A stretch of DNA of 63,087 bases, filler included, from Collodictyon triciliatum (taxonomy: Eukaryota), in the NCBI GenBank assembly GCA_043381765.1. It is 53 parts of 53 records of this genome, joined end to end, with 100 filler letters (N's around TTAATTAATTAA, not from the genome) between each part and the next. Parts side by side here need not be neighbours in the genome. Positions count along the whole stretch, not along the records: positions 12,929 to 14,000 come from JBHJMP010012413.1; positions 14,101 to 15,172 come from JBHJMP010012414.1; positions 15,273 to 16,347 come from JBHJMP010012415.1; positions 16,448 to 17,519 come from JBHJMP010012416.1; positions 17,620 to 18,691 come from JBHJMP010012417.1; positions 18,792 to 19,863 come from JBHJMP010012418.1; positions 19,964 to 21,034 come from JBHJMP010012419.1; positions 21,135 to 22,205 come from JBHJMP010012420.1; 45 more parts are not named here. The stretch is one strand, 5' to 3'. Positions within the stretch are counted from its first letter, which is position 1; every line of letters starts with the position of its first letter. Positions 13,341 to 25,598 of the stretch are shown one piece after another. The translations under genes and the position numbers were made by a program. The notes beneath the pieces were generated by a model, which was not told the DNA's origin, ran no database searches, and saw only the letters and a program-made list of their open reading frames with translations.

Positions 13341-15272
13341 CACCTTGAACAAATATAAAATAAAATGATTTATGAAATGGCAAACAGAAAATCTTGCATG
13401 CAGGCCCGTCGCAAAGCGTTTCATTTCATAGCCAAGAAGTCTGCTGATGTATAAATCATTACAAACGAGCAGCGTTACCAATAAATGGAATCTTTCTGAG
13501 TTCAGATAATATTTTTGTTCACTTTGCATGTTTATTATTTTCATTTCTCATATGGCATTACACAATTAGCAGCCGCACGCATAGTTTTACCCAGTCCTGG
13601 TTCAATCTTGTTGCGATGCAGTATCGTTGTGATGATAGGCATGTTGAATGAGGAAATATTGTCGCATTTGTTGCCGTTCATTTGTTGTGGATTTAAATTG
13701 TGTGCTTCTGCAGTCATGGACATTGCTTGATGTACTTCCTTTTTTTTTTATTGCGAAAGAAGTGCAGATTTGCATCATAACGAGGCTTTTGTATGCTTGT
13801 GTTTTGATATCATCGGATACGAGAATGTCATGAGTTTTGTATGATTCATATATAAGCTGCATAATTCATGATGTTTTAAGTGGCAGCAACGAAGTAAAGA
13901 TTCATTTCTATGATGGGAAAAAATGTGTGAAGACCAAGGCAATAACTCAAGCACAGCTGACATGTGATGTGTGTATGTGTGTGTTTGGAATGACTCCTCC
14001 NNNNNNNNNNNNNNNNNNNNNNNNNNNNNNNNNNNNNNNNNNNNTTAATTAATTAANNNNNNNNNNNNNNNNNNNNNNNNNNNNNNNNNNNNNNNNNNNN
14101 GTTGTGATGTATGAGCCGTCTTCTTTGAATGAGATTTCTCTGATGGTGGCCGCGTTGCCTTCATGAATCTGTTTGATGATGCAGAAGCCTTTCTGGTTGC
14201 CCCAGCATATTTGTCCTGCTGCCAATGGCTCGTTCAGGGGTATTGTCATTTCGCAGTGGGTATAAAGAATCTGCCAACGCGAGAGCAAAGGCTCTGGTGT
14301 GTTTGGAGGTGGTCGTGGGATTGTTCTTTGTTGCAACTGTGTTTTGAAGTCTGCACATAGTTCGGTGATGAGTTTCCACATCCCAATTGCCAAAACCCTT
14401 GCAGCTGCATGAACATGTCCGTCCACCACTTTATGGTCTCAAGTGTGGCAATATAGAAAACATAGTATAAAATCCCAATCATTTCGTGAAAACAATCGCA
14501 AAGGTGAAGCCCTAATAACTCCCCTCCAACTAGGCAGGTGCTGCACTTCCGTTGTTATGCTCCCGAGAATATAAAATTATATCTTGAAGTTCCTCTTTGC
14601 ACCCTTAGTTATAACACGCCACAAATGGCTCCTTTAAAGCCTGCTCTGTGGATAAAACATGAAAAGAAAAAAGCCAAAGATGTCAAAGAGACAGAGAGCT
14701 TTACTGAGGATTCAAGGAAAGTGGCCGACAGCAAAGCTGGAAATTGATGAAGTTGCGCGTGAGACGCGGTACTGTCTGTATATTGGGCTGGGTGACATGT
14801 TTTGAAGCACACGCGCGCATCAGTAATCATCACGAAGATAAAAAAGCAAGTTGATGTACCTTCGCCATCAAAACATTCCTACCCTCGGTTTTCTAGCCGC
14901 AAGCAATCAATTCTTTTTCTCCGCTGCACTACAAACCAGAGCGAGAACTATGAAACTCACGCTAACGAGATGTTTGCAAAGAAAAAGCTGTACACGAAAC
15001 AAAACATAGCCTCAAAGCTGTAGGAATTGCCTTATGTGCATCAAAGCTTCTAATTTTCTTTCTTTTCTCTCCTCTTTTTTTCTCTTTTTTCTCTTTTTTT
15101 CTCTTTTTTCTCTTTTTTCTCTTTTTTCTCTTTTTTCTCTTTTTTCTCTTTTTTCTCTTTTTTCTCTTTTTTNNNNNNNNNNNNNNNNNNNNNNNNNNNN
15201 NNNNNNNNNNNNNNNNTTAATTAATTAANNNNNNNNNNNNNNNNNNNNNNNNNNNNNNNNNNNNNNNNNNNN

Positions 15273-15356
<84 letters not shown>

Positions 15357-15553
15357 AAAAAAACAAAAAAATAAAAAACAAAAAAACAAAAACGAAAGAG
15401 TGGGGTATTCAAACGAGAGTAGCCCTACATCTTATACCTTTGCTCGTGTTTGATTATGTACATATAGAGGTGATGGAAGTCGAATAGGGACTTGAAATAA
15501 TCCATGATACAAACTGAATAAGAGAAATAAATACTTAAAAAGAAAAAAATTAC

Positions 15554-16034
15554 CGGAGGTTCTGGTGCTCTAGCTGGCTCTGTGAGTTGGACACGGCTGT
15601 CTTCCATGCTGAAAGGTCGCCCATTTTGCTGGCTTCAGGAAAAGAAAGGTCAAACCGAGTGGTATCTAACGCAGGGGATGGCTCATTCCGGGCGACGCGT
15701 TCTAATTCTTGTTGAAGAAAAGCGCTGCCCTGTTGTGTGACCAGAATTTTACTGTCCCATTACAAATACAGTCCAATACCGATTCGATTACTCTTTCTCT
15801 TTCTTTTTTTTTCTTCTATCTTTTCTTTTTCATGGTTAAAAAGAATTCTGGAACTCTGTGGGTTCCGTACAGCGTAGTTATTTATGGATGCATACTTAGA
15901 GTGATAGAAATTGCGAATGAAAATATGCTCATGAGTGATGCAAGTGTCGCAGACTCACCGAGAAGGTTACTTGTGGGACGGGCGGAAGGTGCGCCAGGTA
16001 GTCACGATCTGGCTTGAATGTTTGCATCTCGGCC
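15554..16034 (-). CDS. BCAS2: Pre-mRNA splicing factor SPF27/BCAS2, internal exons (15959-16034, 15554-15729)
   Basis: AEMQTFKPDRDYLAHLPPVPQVTFS|GSAFLQQELERVARNEPSPALDTTRFDLSFPEASKMGDLSAWKTAVSNSQSQLEHQNLR matches the BCAS2 AW...V.NS..QLEHQ..R motif. Splice phases consistent. Confidence 0.92.
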
Positions 16035-16056
16035 CTAGATTATAAAAATGTTTCTT

Positions 16057-16347
16057 AAAAAAATGAATAATAAAAAATGAATAATAAAAAATGAATAATA
16101 AAAAATGAATAATAAAAAATGAATAATAAAAAAATGAATAATAAAAAAATGAATAATAAAAAAATGAATAATAAAAAATGAATAATAAAAAAATGAATAA
16201 TAAAAAAATGAATAATAAAAAAATGAATAATAAAAAATGAATAATAAAAAAATGAATAATAAAAAAATGAATAATAAAAAAATGAATAATAAAAAATGAA
16301 TAATAAAAAAATGAATAATAAAAAATGAATAATAAAAAAATGAATAA
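16057..16347. repeat. Intronic 14/15-bp tandem repeat (AAAAA(A)TGAATAATA)n
   Basis: About 20 copies running to the contig end, inside a BCAS2 intron. Confidence 0.95.
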
Positions 16348-16447
16348 NNNNNNNNNNNNNNNNNNNNNNNNNNNNNNNNNNNNNNNNNNNNTTAATTAAT
16401 TAANNNNNNNNNNNNNNNNNNNNNNNNNNNNNNNNNNNNNNNNNNNN

Positions 16448-17367
16448 CCAGACACGAATAGGGAGTATCCCTACCTGATGGAAATTAAAGGGCTTAGTGT
16501 GACTGACTATGAGGTATAATTTGAATCAATTTTTTCGTCATATACTTTTGTATTTTTTTTTGCAACCTTTAATATTCAACTGCTTTAGATTATTCATGGG
16601 GCTTTGAGAGAAACACCTGTCGCCCGGCGTGCCTTCTTTTATGCCAGAGATGAAGAGCACGCTGTGAATCATGTGGCTGAAAACGAGGCTGAGCGTAGCC
16701 TTTATCGCCCCGTGGATTCAAAAGATGTAAATACTTTCTTTCGAGAATTTCATACCTATCGCACATTCTAAAATCTCCTTTGATAGTTGGTTTTGAATGG
16801 ATCAAACAAGTAGACATGTAAGAAAACCACCTGGACTAAACGTTGATTTATTGAAACTAGAAGGGGAATCAAGACGAATTGAAGAAAAGAATAAAAATGA
16901 AATTTACGATTAAGGAGTACAAGACACCAATGGAACTGGTCGACATGATTGTTGAGGAGCTCATTGAGGCCATCGATCAGGACTTTCCGCTAAAAGGGGT
17001 ACGTCATAATTGACTGCATACATTTTAGAAAGATATTAATATTATATTAATTAGCCTTTTTTTTCTCACGAATATTTTTCAACATTAGCACATCGACCCT
17101 GAGGATGCTGCGCATAAACAATTTATGAGACACTGCCTAATTGGCTTGGAAGGGAGAGATAAACTAATAGCTTTCATGAGGAAATGTGTTCAAGGACAAC
17201 TAAGATATACCAATTCCGAAATATGCATTCTTGGAGCTCATTCTGGTGTTGGAAAGTCTTCTGTAATGAGCGGGCTTGTTCGTGAATTAGAAGCTCTTAA
17301 TGCACCAAACTTGGTGGTTGTTTATCATTTTGTTGGATGCTCCAACTCAAGCAATTATGTCGAAAAG
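16448..17367 (+). CDS. DUF4062 + NACHT STAND NTPase (TEP1/NPHP3/NWD-like), four internal exons
   Basis: GLSVTDYE|IIHGALRETPVARRAFFYARD...|...ELIEAIDQDFP|...CILGAHSGVGKSSVMSGLVREL...VVVYHFVGCS. Contains the DUF4062 C-terminal SVT.xEI.HG motif, Walker A and HFVG. Confidence 0.85.
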
Positions 17368-17619
17368 TAATACATCAAAATTCGTATAGATAAATTTTCA
17401 GGATTATTGTTTGTTTTTTTCATTAAAAAATGTCTAATTTTTTTTCATGATTGTTATTCTGGTTATCGTTTTTTTTTTTTTCACTTATCCCAACCACGGT
17501 ATACGCATAGTTTGGTAAANNNNNNNNNNNNNNNNNNNNNNNNNNNNNNNNNNNNNNNNNNNNTTAATTAATTAANNNNNNNNNNNNNNNNNNNNNNNNN
17601 NNNNNNNNNNNNNNNNNNN

Positions 17620-18691
17620 CTCGACGTGCACGGTAGATTAATTTTCAATCTGCAAACATGAATATAGGAGACTAATTCTTGATGATCCACGCTGAATATA
17701 ATTACGTTTTAATACAGGAGGAATCAAGGAAAAAGATATCAGGGAGAAAATTGAAGAGGGAAAGAGTAAGGGGAAAATAAGATTCATAAAAATAAAAATG
17801 TTAAAGTGGGTCGTCTCTTTTTTACGGTTCAATTTCTAAGGCTAAATTATGCGTCGATAGGACTTGCTAGTGAACATCCTGATAAACTTACTGTTGTATT
17901 TTTCGATGAAATCAACACATCTAGTTGCGTCGATATGTTCAAAGGTACCATTTTTTCAACTTAAATTAAAACCTTAAGGCATTTATAACCTGCATACGAC
18001 TCATATGCCATCAAAATCATGTGACTGGCTCAGTGGTGCAGAGAAAAAAGTAAAATATTGAATTATCTTAGAATGCCTTTGCGACCACACCTGTGATGGA
18101 GAACCACTTCCTAAAAACTTGTCGGTTATTGGAGCATGTAACCCATACAGGGAGAAATTGGGTGATGACACTGATGGTAGCACACCAGGTCTCGTTTTCA
18201 GATATGCCAATTCGCAGGAAAATCTTTTTGATGACAATAATACAGAGCTTTTAACATACATGGTTTATGTCATCCCACCATCCATGGGCATGCAAATATG
18301 GGACTTTGGTTCTCTTGAATTGAAGGACGAAATCGATTATATAAAGTCGATGATTTCGGAGATTAACAACAAGGTTAGTGAACAAATTATAATTTAAACC
18401 CCCTGACTAACTTTCTTGCTATTTGAATCGAATAAAAAGAGGAGAGAAGGCATTTAAATTATACTAGCATCCAATTGACGGTGTTAATTTTTCACTTACC
18501 AGAGGCTTAAAACTACTTGCCCACAAAAATAGGAGGTTCAGATAAGCACTACTTCTGGTAGTGTAATTTCTAAGGAAGGGAAGTTGACTGAAGATAAACA
18601 TCGCCTTTTTTGTGAACTGATTGCGAGGTCCCAATCATTCATGAGAAAGGAACTAGGAGACCCTTCATGTGTCAGTTTGCGTGATGTCAAA
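17620..18691 (+). CDS. RNF213/mysterin-like AAA+ module, multi-exon fragment
   Basis: LDVHG|GIKEKDIR...VVFFDEINTSSCVDMFK|ECLCDHTCDGEPLPKNLSVIGACNPYR...LTYMVYVIPPSMGMQIWDFGSL...SQSFMRKELGDPSCVSLRDVK. FFDE.NT, ACNPYR, WDFG and VSLRDV are RNF213 AAA motifs. Confidence 0.92.
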
Positions 18692-19264
18692 NNNNNNNNN
18701 NNNNNNNNNNNNNNNNNNNNNNNNNNNNNNNNNNNTTAATTAATTAANNNNNNNNNNNNNNNNNNNNNNNNNNNNNNNNNNNNNNNNNNNNCGCAACCTT
18801 TGTGACAGTTTTTGCTGGCATGGGAGTGTATTGGTGATTGAGGAGCTTAAACGACCCCTCCTTAATGAAGGCAGCTGCGTTTTCTTTTCTTGGGAGGGCG
18901 ACTTTTTATTCCGAGGGTAGGGTTGTCCACCATAAGTGTCAAGCCCTTCTCGTAGCACTTTCGGGCTTCCATTACAGCCTGCAGTTGCTTGCTCATACTT
19001 CCATGGTTTGCGAAAGAGAGAACAGGCCTTGCTTGTCGCTTACGCATCGCCTGGGCATCATTAAATCACCAGGAAAAAGAGGGGAAATAGATAAAAAAAA
19101 ATAAAAAAAATAAAATAAAAAAACATGAAAAACATGAAAAAAAACTTGAAAAAACTTGAAAAAAACATGAAAACAAAAAGACAAGCTCGTGTCCAGAGCG
19201 ACTCCACGTACGCAGACAACACTCCGGTCTCCTTGACTGACAGCCCGCCTCACAAACTACTCCC

Positions 19265-19606
19265 ATGCGGCGGCCATTCTCGACAACTGCTTTGGGCCTC
19301 TGCAACGCGCTTTTTCTCCTTGTGCTCTGCTACAATGCCACTGCAGATCGTCAAACAGACCCCAGCACGGGGCCGACGCAAGCCTCTGCATTGAAGTCAC
19401 TTTATACACACGCTTACAACTCCGACGCAAGCTCACATTTACCTCTCAAGTATGTCGATGGCAAGTATCTCGTGCCTGTGAGTCTCAACGGGCAGACCTT
19501 TGATCTTGTCCTCGACGTTGCTTCCTCTGAAGTGTTTTTTCTCAACTGCCGCGACACGTCGATACAAAGCAACGGGCTTCGACCTTCAAACTGTATCCCA
19601 GCCTCT
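19265..19606 (+). CDS. Secreted pepsin-like (A1) aspartic protease homolog, first exon, altered catalytic motif
   Basis: Signal-peptide-like N-terminus, then GKYLVPVSLNGQTFDLVLDVASSEVFF (typical Y...v..G.Q.F.vv.DTGSS). Donor GTGAGT at 19607. Confidence 0.75.
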
Positions 19607-19762
19607 GTGAGTGTGTTATGAAGTATTGTGTTTCGTAACTGTATTCCATGATGCATTCATTTATTATGTGTTGATTATTTATTTTTGTTTGATTTATTCT
19701 TTAATTAGTTTATTGCTTCAAGAGCGATACTAATGGCAGCAAGAATTGTTGTTTTCTTGACT

Positions 19763-19863
<101 letters not shown>

Positions 19864-20053
19864 NNNNNNNNNNNNNNNNNNNNNNNNNNNNNNNNNNNNN
19901 NNNNNNNTTAATTAATTAANNNNNNNNNNNNNNNNNNNNNNNNNNNNNNNNNNNNNNNNNNNNAAAGAAAAAAAAGAGAAAAAGAAAAAAAGAAAAAAAG
20001 AAAAAAAGAAAAAAAAGGAAAAAAAAAAGAAAAAAAGAAAAAAAGAAAAAAAG

Positions 20054-20084
<31 letters not shown>

Positions 20085-20310
20085 AAAAAAGAAAAAAAGA
20101 AAAAAAGAAAAAAAGAAAAAAAGGAAAAGAAAAAAAAGAAAAAAACAGAAAAAAAGAAAAAAGAAAAAAAGAAAAAAAGGAAAAAAGAAAAAAAAGGAAA
20201 AAAGAAAAAAAAGGAAAAAAGAAAAAGAAAAAAGAAAAAAAGAAAAATCATATATGATACAAACACAAACCATCCCACCCAGTGATATAGTAAACCATTG
20301 ATTTATGGTG

Positions 20311-21034
20311 TCATAATCCCTTAGTGCCATAATCCAGTATCATAATCCTGTATCTTAATCCCGTAGCATAATCCCGTGGCATAATTCCGTGTCATAATCC
20401 CGTGTATAATCCCGTATCATAATCCTGTGCATAATCCCGTGACATAATCCCGTAGTGGCATAATCCAGTATCTTAATCCCGTAGCATAATCCCGTGGCAT
20501 AATTCCGTGTCATAATTCCGTGGCATAATCCCGTGTCATAATTCCGTAGTATAATCCCGTGTCATAATCCCGTGGCATAATCCTGTGTCATAATCCCGTG
20601 TCATAATCCCGTGGCATAATCCCGTGGCATAATCCCGCGGCATAATCCCATACCATAATCCCGTGTCATAAACCTGTTACATAATCCCGTGCATAATCCC
20701 GTGGCATAATCCCGTGGCATAATCCTGTGTAATAATCCCGTGTCATAATCCCGTATCATAATCCCGTATCATAATCCCGTGGCATAATCCCGCATCATAA
20801 TCCTGTGCATAATCCCGTATCATAATCCCGTATCATAATCCCGTATCATAATCCCGTGTCATAATCCTGTGCATAATCCCATGGCATAATCCAGTGTCAT
20901 AATCCTGTGTCATAATCCCGTGGCATAATCCCGTATCATAATCCCGTGGCATAATCCCGTGGCATAATCCCGTATCATAACCCCGTAGTGTAATAATCCC
21001 GTATCATAATCCAGTACCATAATCCCGTGTCATA
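20311..21034. repeat. 13-bp minisatellite, consensus CATAATCCCGT(GG/GT/AT), ~55 units
   Basis: Directly visible tandem units with invariant ATAAT and variable tail. Runs to the contig end. Confidence 0.97.
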
Positions 21035-21134
21035 NNNNNNNNNNNNNNNNNNNNNNNNNNNNNNNNNNNNNNNNNNNNTTAATTAATTAANNNNNNNNNN
21101 NNNNNNNNNNNNNNNNNNNNNNNNNNNNNNNNNN

Positions 21135-21224
<90 letters not shown>

Positions 21225-22859
21225 GTAATAGATGTGCTGCTTCATTTAGTCTAGTCTAAGCTGTTTTGATGCTTTACCGATTCGCTCTCGAGTCCCATAG
21301 GTTCACACAATTATCTGTGGCCGTATTTAAAAAGAGGTCATAAGACTCCGGTGGATGTGATACATATTAAGAGTCTTCACACATCCTAGCACTGAAGATT
21401 AAAGGAATAATCAACGCTACAATTATTTTTTTTTACAATAATGATGATAGATAAAATAAGGCAGGAAAGAAACAAGGAATCCGTGATGGCCGAATATTAG
21501 AAATCATGCGTATTATAAGATTGTCGGGACATAGGACGTTCTACGAGTATGTAAAGATATAATGATATGGAAACCTATGTATGGGGCGAGCATGTGCACC
21601 AGGTATTTTCCGTGCTATCGATTTTATGACCATATCGATTACGGTGAGACTCTCATCTGATGATGAACAAATAACAATATCTTGACGTAGAAAAAAAAAC
21701 AATCGATCAGTTAAAAAGATATGAATGTAAAAATAATATGATTAATCATGTCATACAATGACATACAAGTGCAGGGAATAATAAATAAGTTCTTTTTTTT
21801 CAGCGAAAGTGACCTAAATGGAAATTTCTTTACGTGATAAAAAGGAATTTATGCATGAAAAGTCTGTGATACTTTGGGCCTCTGATGATAATTTCACAGC
21901 TGATATATACTTATTGTTATTCCGGAACCTGTTTTTATATTTTTATTACATTTATTTCATCGATTTGAGGGATTGTTATACATACAAGGATATTAGAGCA
22001 AAAACATCCTTTGAAAAGTATCATTTAAGATTTCAAGGCTTTCTTTCGCCATTACCGAAGAAGGCCGTCCTTAGGTGTTTCCTCAATCACGTATTTGTAC
22101 CCAATCAACTTATTGCCGCAACTAAGAATACATTTATCCATATAATAGAACTTTGATTGCCGAATTGGGCCTGAAAACTCTGGATTCTCTTTCATTTAAT
22201 TCTTTNNNNNNNNNNNNNNNNNNNNNNNNNNNNNNNNNNNNNNNNNNNNTTAATTAATTAANNNNNNNNNNNNNNNNNNNNNNNNNNNNNNNNNNNNNNN
22301 NNNNNTTTTTTGGTTAATGTCTTGGACGTATTTTTTTTTTTTTCCTTTATTCGATTCAAAGTCGAGGTATTTTTATTTAAAAATATGTAATATTTTCGAT
22401 CTGTATATCATACGCAGAAAAAAAGTACGCCACCTTTACTTTCTAAGAAGCCGAAAGTGACTGTGTGAAATTGCTTAATAAGAGCTATGAATGACTACTG
22501 GTTCGGTCTAATACGGTCAGATGAAGAGTGTTACGGCTTGTGTGTTACTAGATCTTGTTGCGTTAGTGTCGAGCGGCTCTTGAGAAAAAAAAAATAATCG
22601 CAACAAAACTTGTTCTCCGTTTCAATCGTATGACGGCTAAATGTTCTTATGACCAGGCAAAACATATATCTGGAATTATTTTGTGCATTTCTGGGATTAA
22701 TGTTTCAAGTATTGCTTGAAGTGTGCTTATCTTTGTCGCTATTATGCGAAATAAAATGTTTTTTTTCCATCCATTCGATTCAAAGTGAAGCGAGGTTATG
22801 TCATACAAAGGGGCGAGATAGGTGCGTATGGTAGAAAGCAAACGCGAGTAGGAGAAGAC

Positions 22860-23165
22860 ACTACTGTGGAGAGGCTGGCACTGGAGAGAAATCAGTGATA
22901 ACGAGTTGGTCAGGTGGACGTCCCAACTAGTTGCTTGGTTGTGTGGGTAGCAGGGGTTGGATATGCTGTGGGAGATATTGCACGACACATTCCCACATCT
23001 CTCTTCGCTTGCGGTCAGAGTAGTGAAGAATGCGGGCGTGTTTCAGCAGACTCTGTATTAAGCTGTATTGCACGAGGCTTTCAAGCATGGATACATTGAT
23101 TTCTCGTTCGGCCATATCATTAGAGCGAGAGAATGCGCGTGCGCTCCATGAGAATGTGAAATGGA
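22860..23165 (-). mobile_element. Divergent 3' fragment of the same L1/Tx1-like family (pseudogenised)
   Basis: WSARAFSR...SLIQSLLKHARILHYSDRKRREMWECVVQYL...N*...QLVITDF aligns with WIARIYSH...SFLNSFLRHLHVLYYSDPVRRDM...QSVITDY of the 28720-29175 copy. Confidence 0.6.
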
Positions 23166-23189
23166 ATGTAATTATTATAAACAGATGAA

Positions 23190-23376
23190 CAAAGTATTTC
23201 GGCTTTGGTTCGCAAGCCATCGTTTGCATGGACGCTACTTGTTGGCCGGGTGGCGGAGAAGTAGTCGGTAATCAGGAATTGCATCCTGCGGTTTGGCCTG
23301 TAGCCTGGGTCTTGTGCTTGCATGAGAGAGGCAAGGCGAGGTTTAATATCTTTCTCAGCTTCTTTCCACATGTCTC
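23190..23376 (-). mobile_element. 3' end of L1/Tx1-like retrotransposon ORF2
   Basis: DMWKEAEKDIKPRLASLMQAQDPGYRPNRRMQFLITDYFSATRPTSSVHANDG, highly similar at DNA level to 28740-28900. Confidence 0.7.
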
Positions 23377-23485
23377 NNNNNNNNNNNNNNNNNNNNNNNN
23401 NNNNNNNNNNNNNNNNNNNNTTAATTAATTAANNNNNNNNNNNNNNNNNNNNNNNNNNNNNNNNNNNNNNNNNNNNGCCATACGT

Positions 23486-23539
23486 GTGGTTTTTGTGCAA
23501 AACCAAAGGGAAACGTGGTTTTTGTGCAAAACCAAAGGG
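23486..23539. repeat. 25-bp direct repeat x2, each with an internal palindrome
   Basis: GTGGTTTTTGTGCAAAACCAAAGGG at 23486 and 23515. TGGTTTT/AAAACCA stem. Confidence 0.85.
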
Positions 23540-24648
23540 GACATCCTAGAATAACATACCATCAACTATGTGTCGTGTGAGGCGCAACGGCTCCCTCCTT
23601 CGCAATCATCTTTTCCATTCGGCATTGTCCTTGTCGTTCTCTCGCAAGTGTTGAGCGACTGCGAAGACTCAAACAAATAATAATCTCAGCGCAAAAGACT
23701 TGCAAATACATCAATGATCCCGAAGCGAGGCATGCTAGGCGATCAACTCAGAATCTTATTGGTTGACTCACTTCGAAACTGAGGCTTTAGAGTAAGAGAA
23801 CGACCAGCCTGCAGCGCTGATAACCCTCGTTACAAGATAATTCACACAATGCAGCCGAAAGTAATTCTTGACGTTTCCTCCTTGCCCGTATCGAATTCCT
23901 TGCTGTCATTCCACAACGCGCGTCAGGGCTGCTTTATGTGGAGGTTTACGAGGTTCACCAAGAAGGACTCTTTTCGATGAAAATATTTCCAGCTCTCCCT
24001 TCTGGCCTGCCAAGACTCTGTCCTTTTCCGGGCAATTGCCACCAAGGAGGGCGGTCGCTTCATAGGCTTTGTTTTTTTTCAAAAGCATGACTATAATGGC
24101 CAACGAAGACATCATGACTAATTCACACCGACTGGCTTGACCCCTCTACTTTTTTCTTTGCCTTTTCTCCAGTGCGAATTCGTCACCACCTTGCCCGGAG
24201 TTAAAGCATCTCCACTATTACCCACATCTCTGTATACTATATTTTGCACATCTCCGAGTCCTCAGATTATCTCTATATTTAATGGCGTGACCCTCATGGC
24301 GTCTTACCTATCAAAGAGTTCTTCAGGGCATTCTCTCACCCAATAGTCCTGTCGAATAATGTAAATCTGCCTTTTTTTCTTCGTTTATATATTACTTCTA
24401 TTTTTTTTCGATATTATAGCTAACAGCCCTGGACAATATAATAAAAAAATATACAAGAAATAGCCTCTAAAAAATGAAGGAAACGACCAGCGCCACTCAT
24501 AACTTATCTGCCAGCTCTAAGTCTTGTATACTATTACTTCGTGAATGNNNNNNNNNNNNNNNNNNNNNNNNNNNNNNNNNNNNNNNNNNNNTTAATTAAT
24601 TAANNNNNNNNNNNNNNNNNNNNNNNNNNNNNNNNNNNNNNNNNNNNT

Positions 24649-24743
<95 letters not shown>

Positions 24744-24795
24744 ATACGCAAGGAGTGCATGCAAATAAACTGTAAGTAAACTAAACACGCAAAAG

Positions 24796-25598
24796 GTGTA
24801 TCGTCCCCTCTCGACACAGTCGGATTTGCGGCGGTCAGTACATCGGCGTTTGTTTTGGCCGGGCACTCTCATTGGGCCAATATCAAACACAAAAAGGCCT
24901 TATCAGACGCCAAGAAAGCCAGCTCCTTCAATAAAATATGCAAGGCCATCCTGGCAGAGGCGAAGGGTTTTTCTTTATTCTTCATTTCAGTATGTGCGAC
25001 GCAAGAGCGAAAGATAGTCATTCTGGTTGTTTTTTCCCCTCATTCCCTCATTCTTCTTTATTTAATACGTGTATGTATTCGTGAATTACTGGCTCACAAA
25101 CGGCGATGTTCTTAATTCAAGTAAATGCGGACCCAAACTCAAATCTGAGACTTGCCTCCCTCATCTCTCGGGCACGCAACAATAACGTACCAAAGGACAA
25201 GATAGAGTCAACATTGCAGAGAGTAACTTTAACTTAGAAAAAAGGAAAGAAATCAATGGAGCGATTTTATGTTTGCAATTTATATCCGAATACGAATTTA
25301 CAAATACAAAAATTACACCACAAAAATACAACTTTTTCATCTTCAGAATTACGATTAGTTAGTTTTTTTTAAATGCGTGATATATTAGATATGAATTGTT
25401 TGATTCAGCATACCTGTAATAGATACAAATGACTCTGTTTCTTATTTTTTGGTAGGCCACTTCAGACGATACATCTAATTCAGAGAACATTACGTACGAA
25501 GGGATGGGTCCAGGGGGTGTTGCAGTTCTTGTGAGCACACTGACTGACAATCGGAATCGCACTCACGCCCAACTGCGCACAATATTCAATAGGGCAGG
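24796..25598 (+). CDS. TACO1: YebC/TACO1 family protein (exons ~24796-24966, 25122-25222, 25456-25598)
   Basis: [76 protein letters not shown]...[25 protein letters not shown]. The reading frame continues upstream of AGHS, consistent with an organellar extension. Confidence 0.95.

Noticed and set aside
16448-18691. NACHT and RNF213 fragments as a physical defence gene cluster
   Set aside because: They are on separate contigs placed together only by length sorting.
19908-20330. Long poly-F/K/Y or periodic ORFs in the ORF track (also 29272, 33951, 42963, 51475 and others)
   Set aside because: These are translations of microsatellites running into N linkers.
24796-25598. YebC as bacterial contamination
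   Set aside because: It has GT-AG introns and an N-terminal extension, so it is a nuclear TACO1-type gene.
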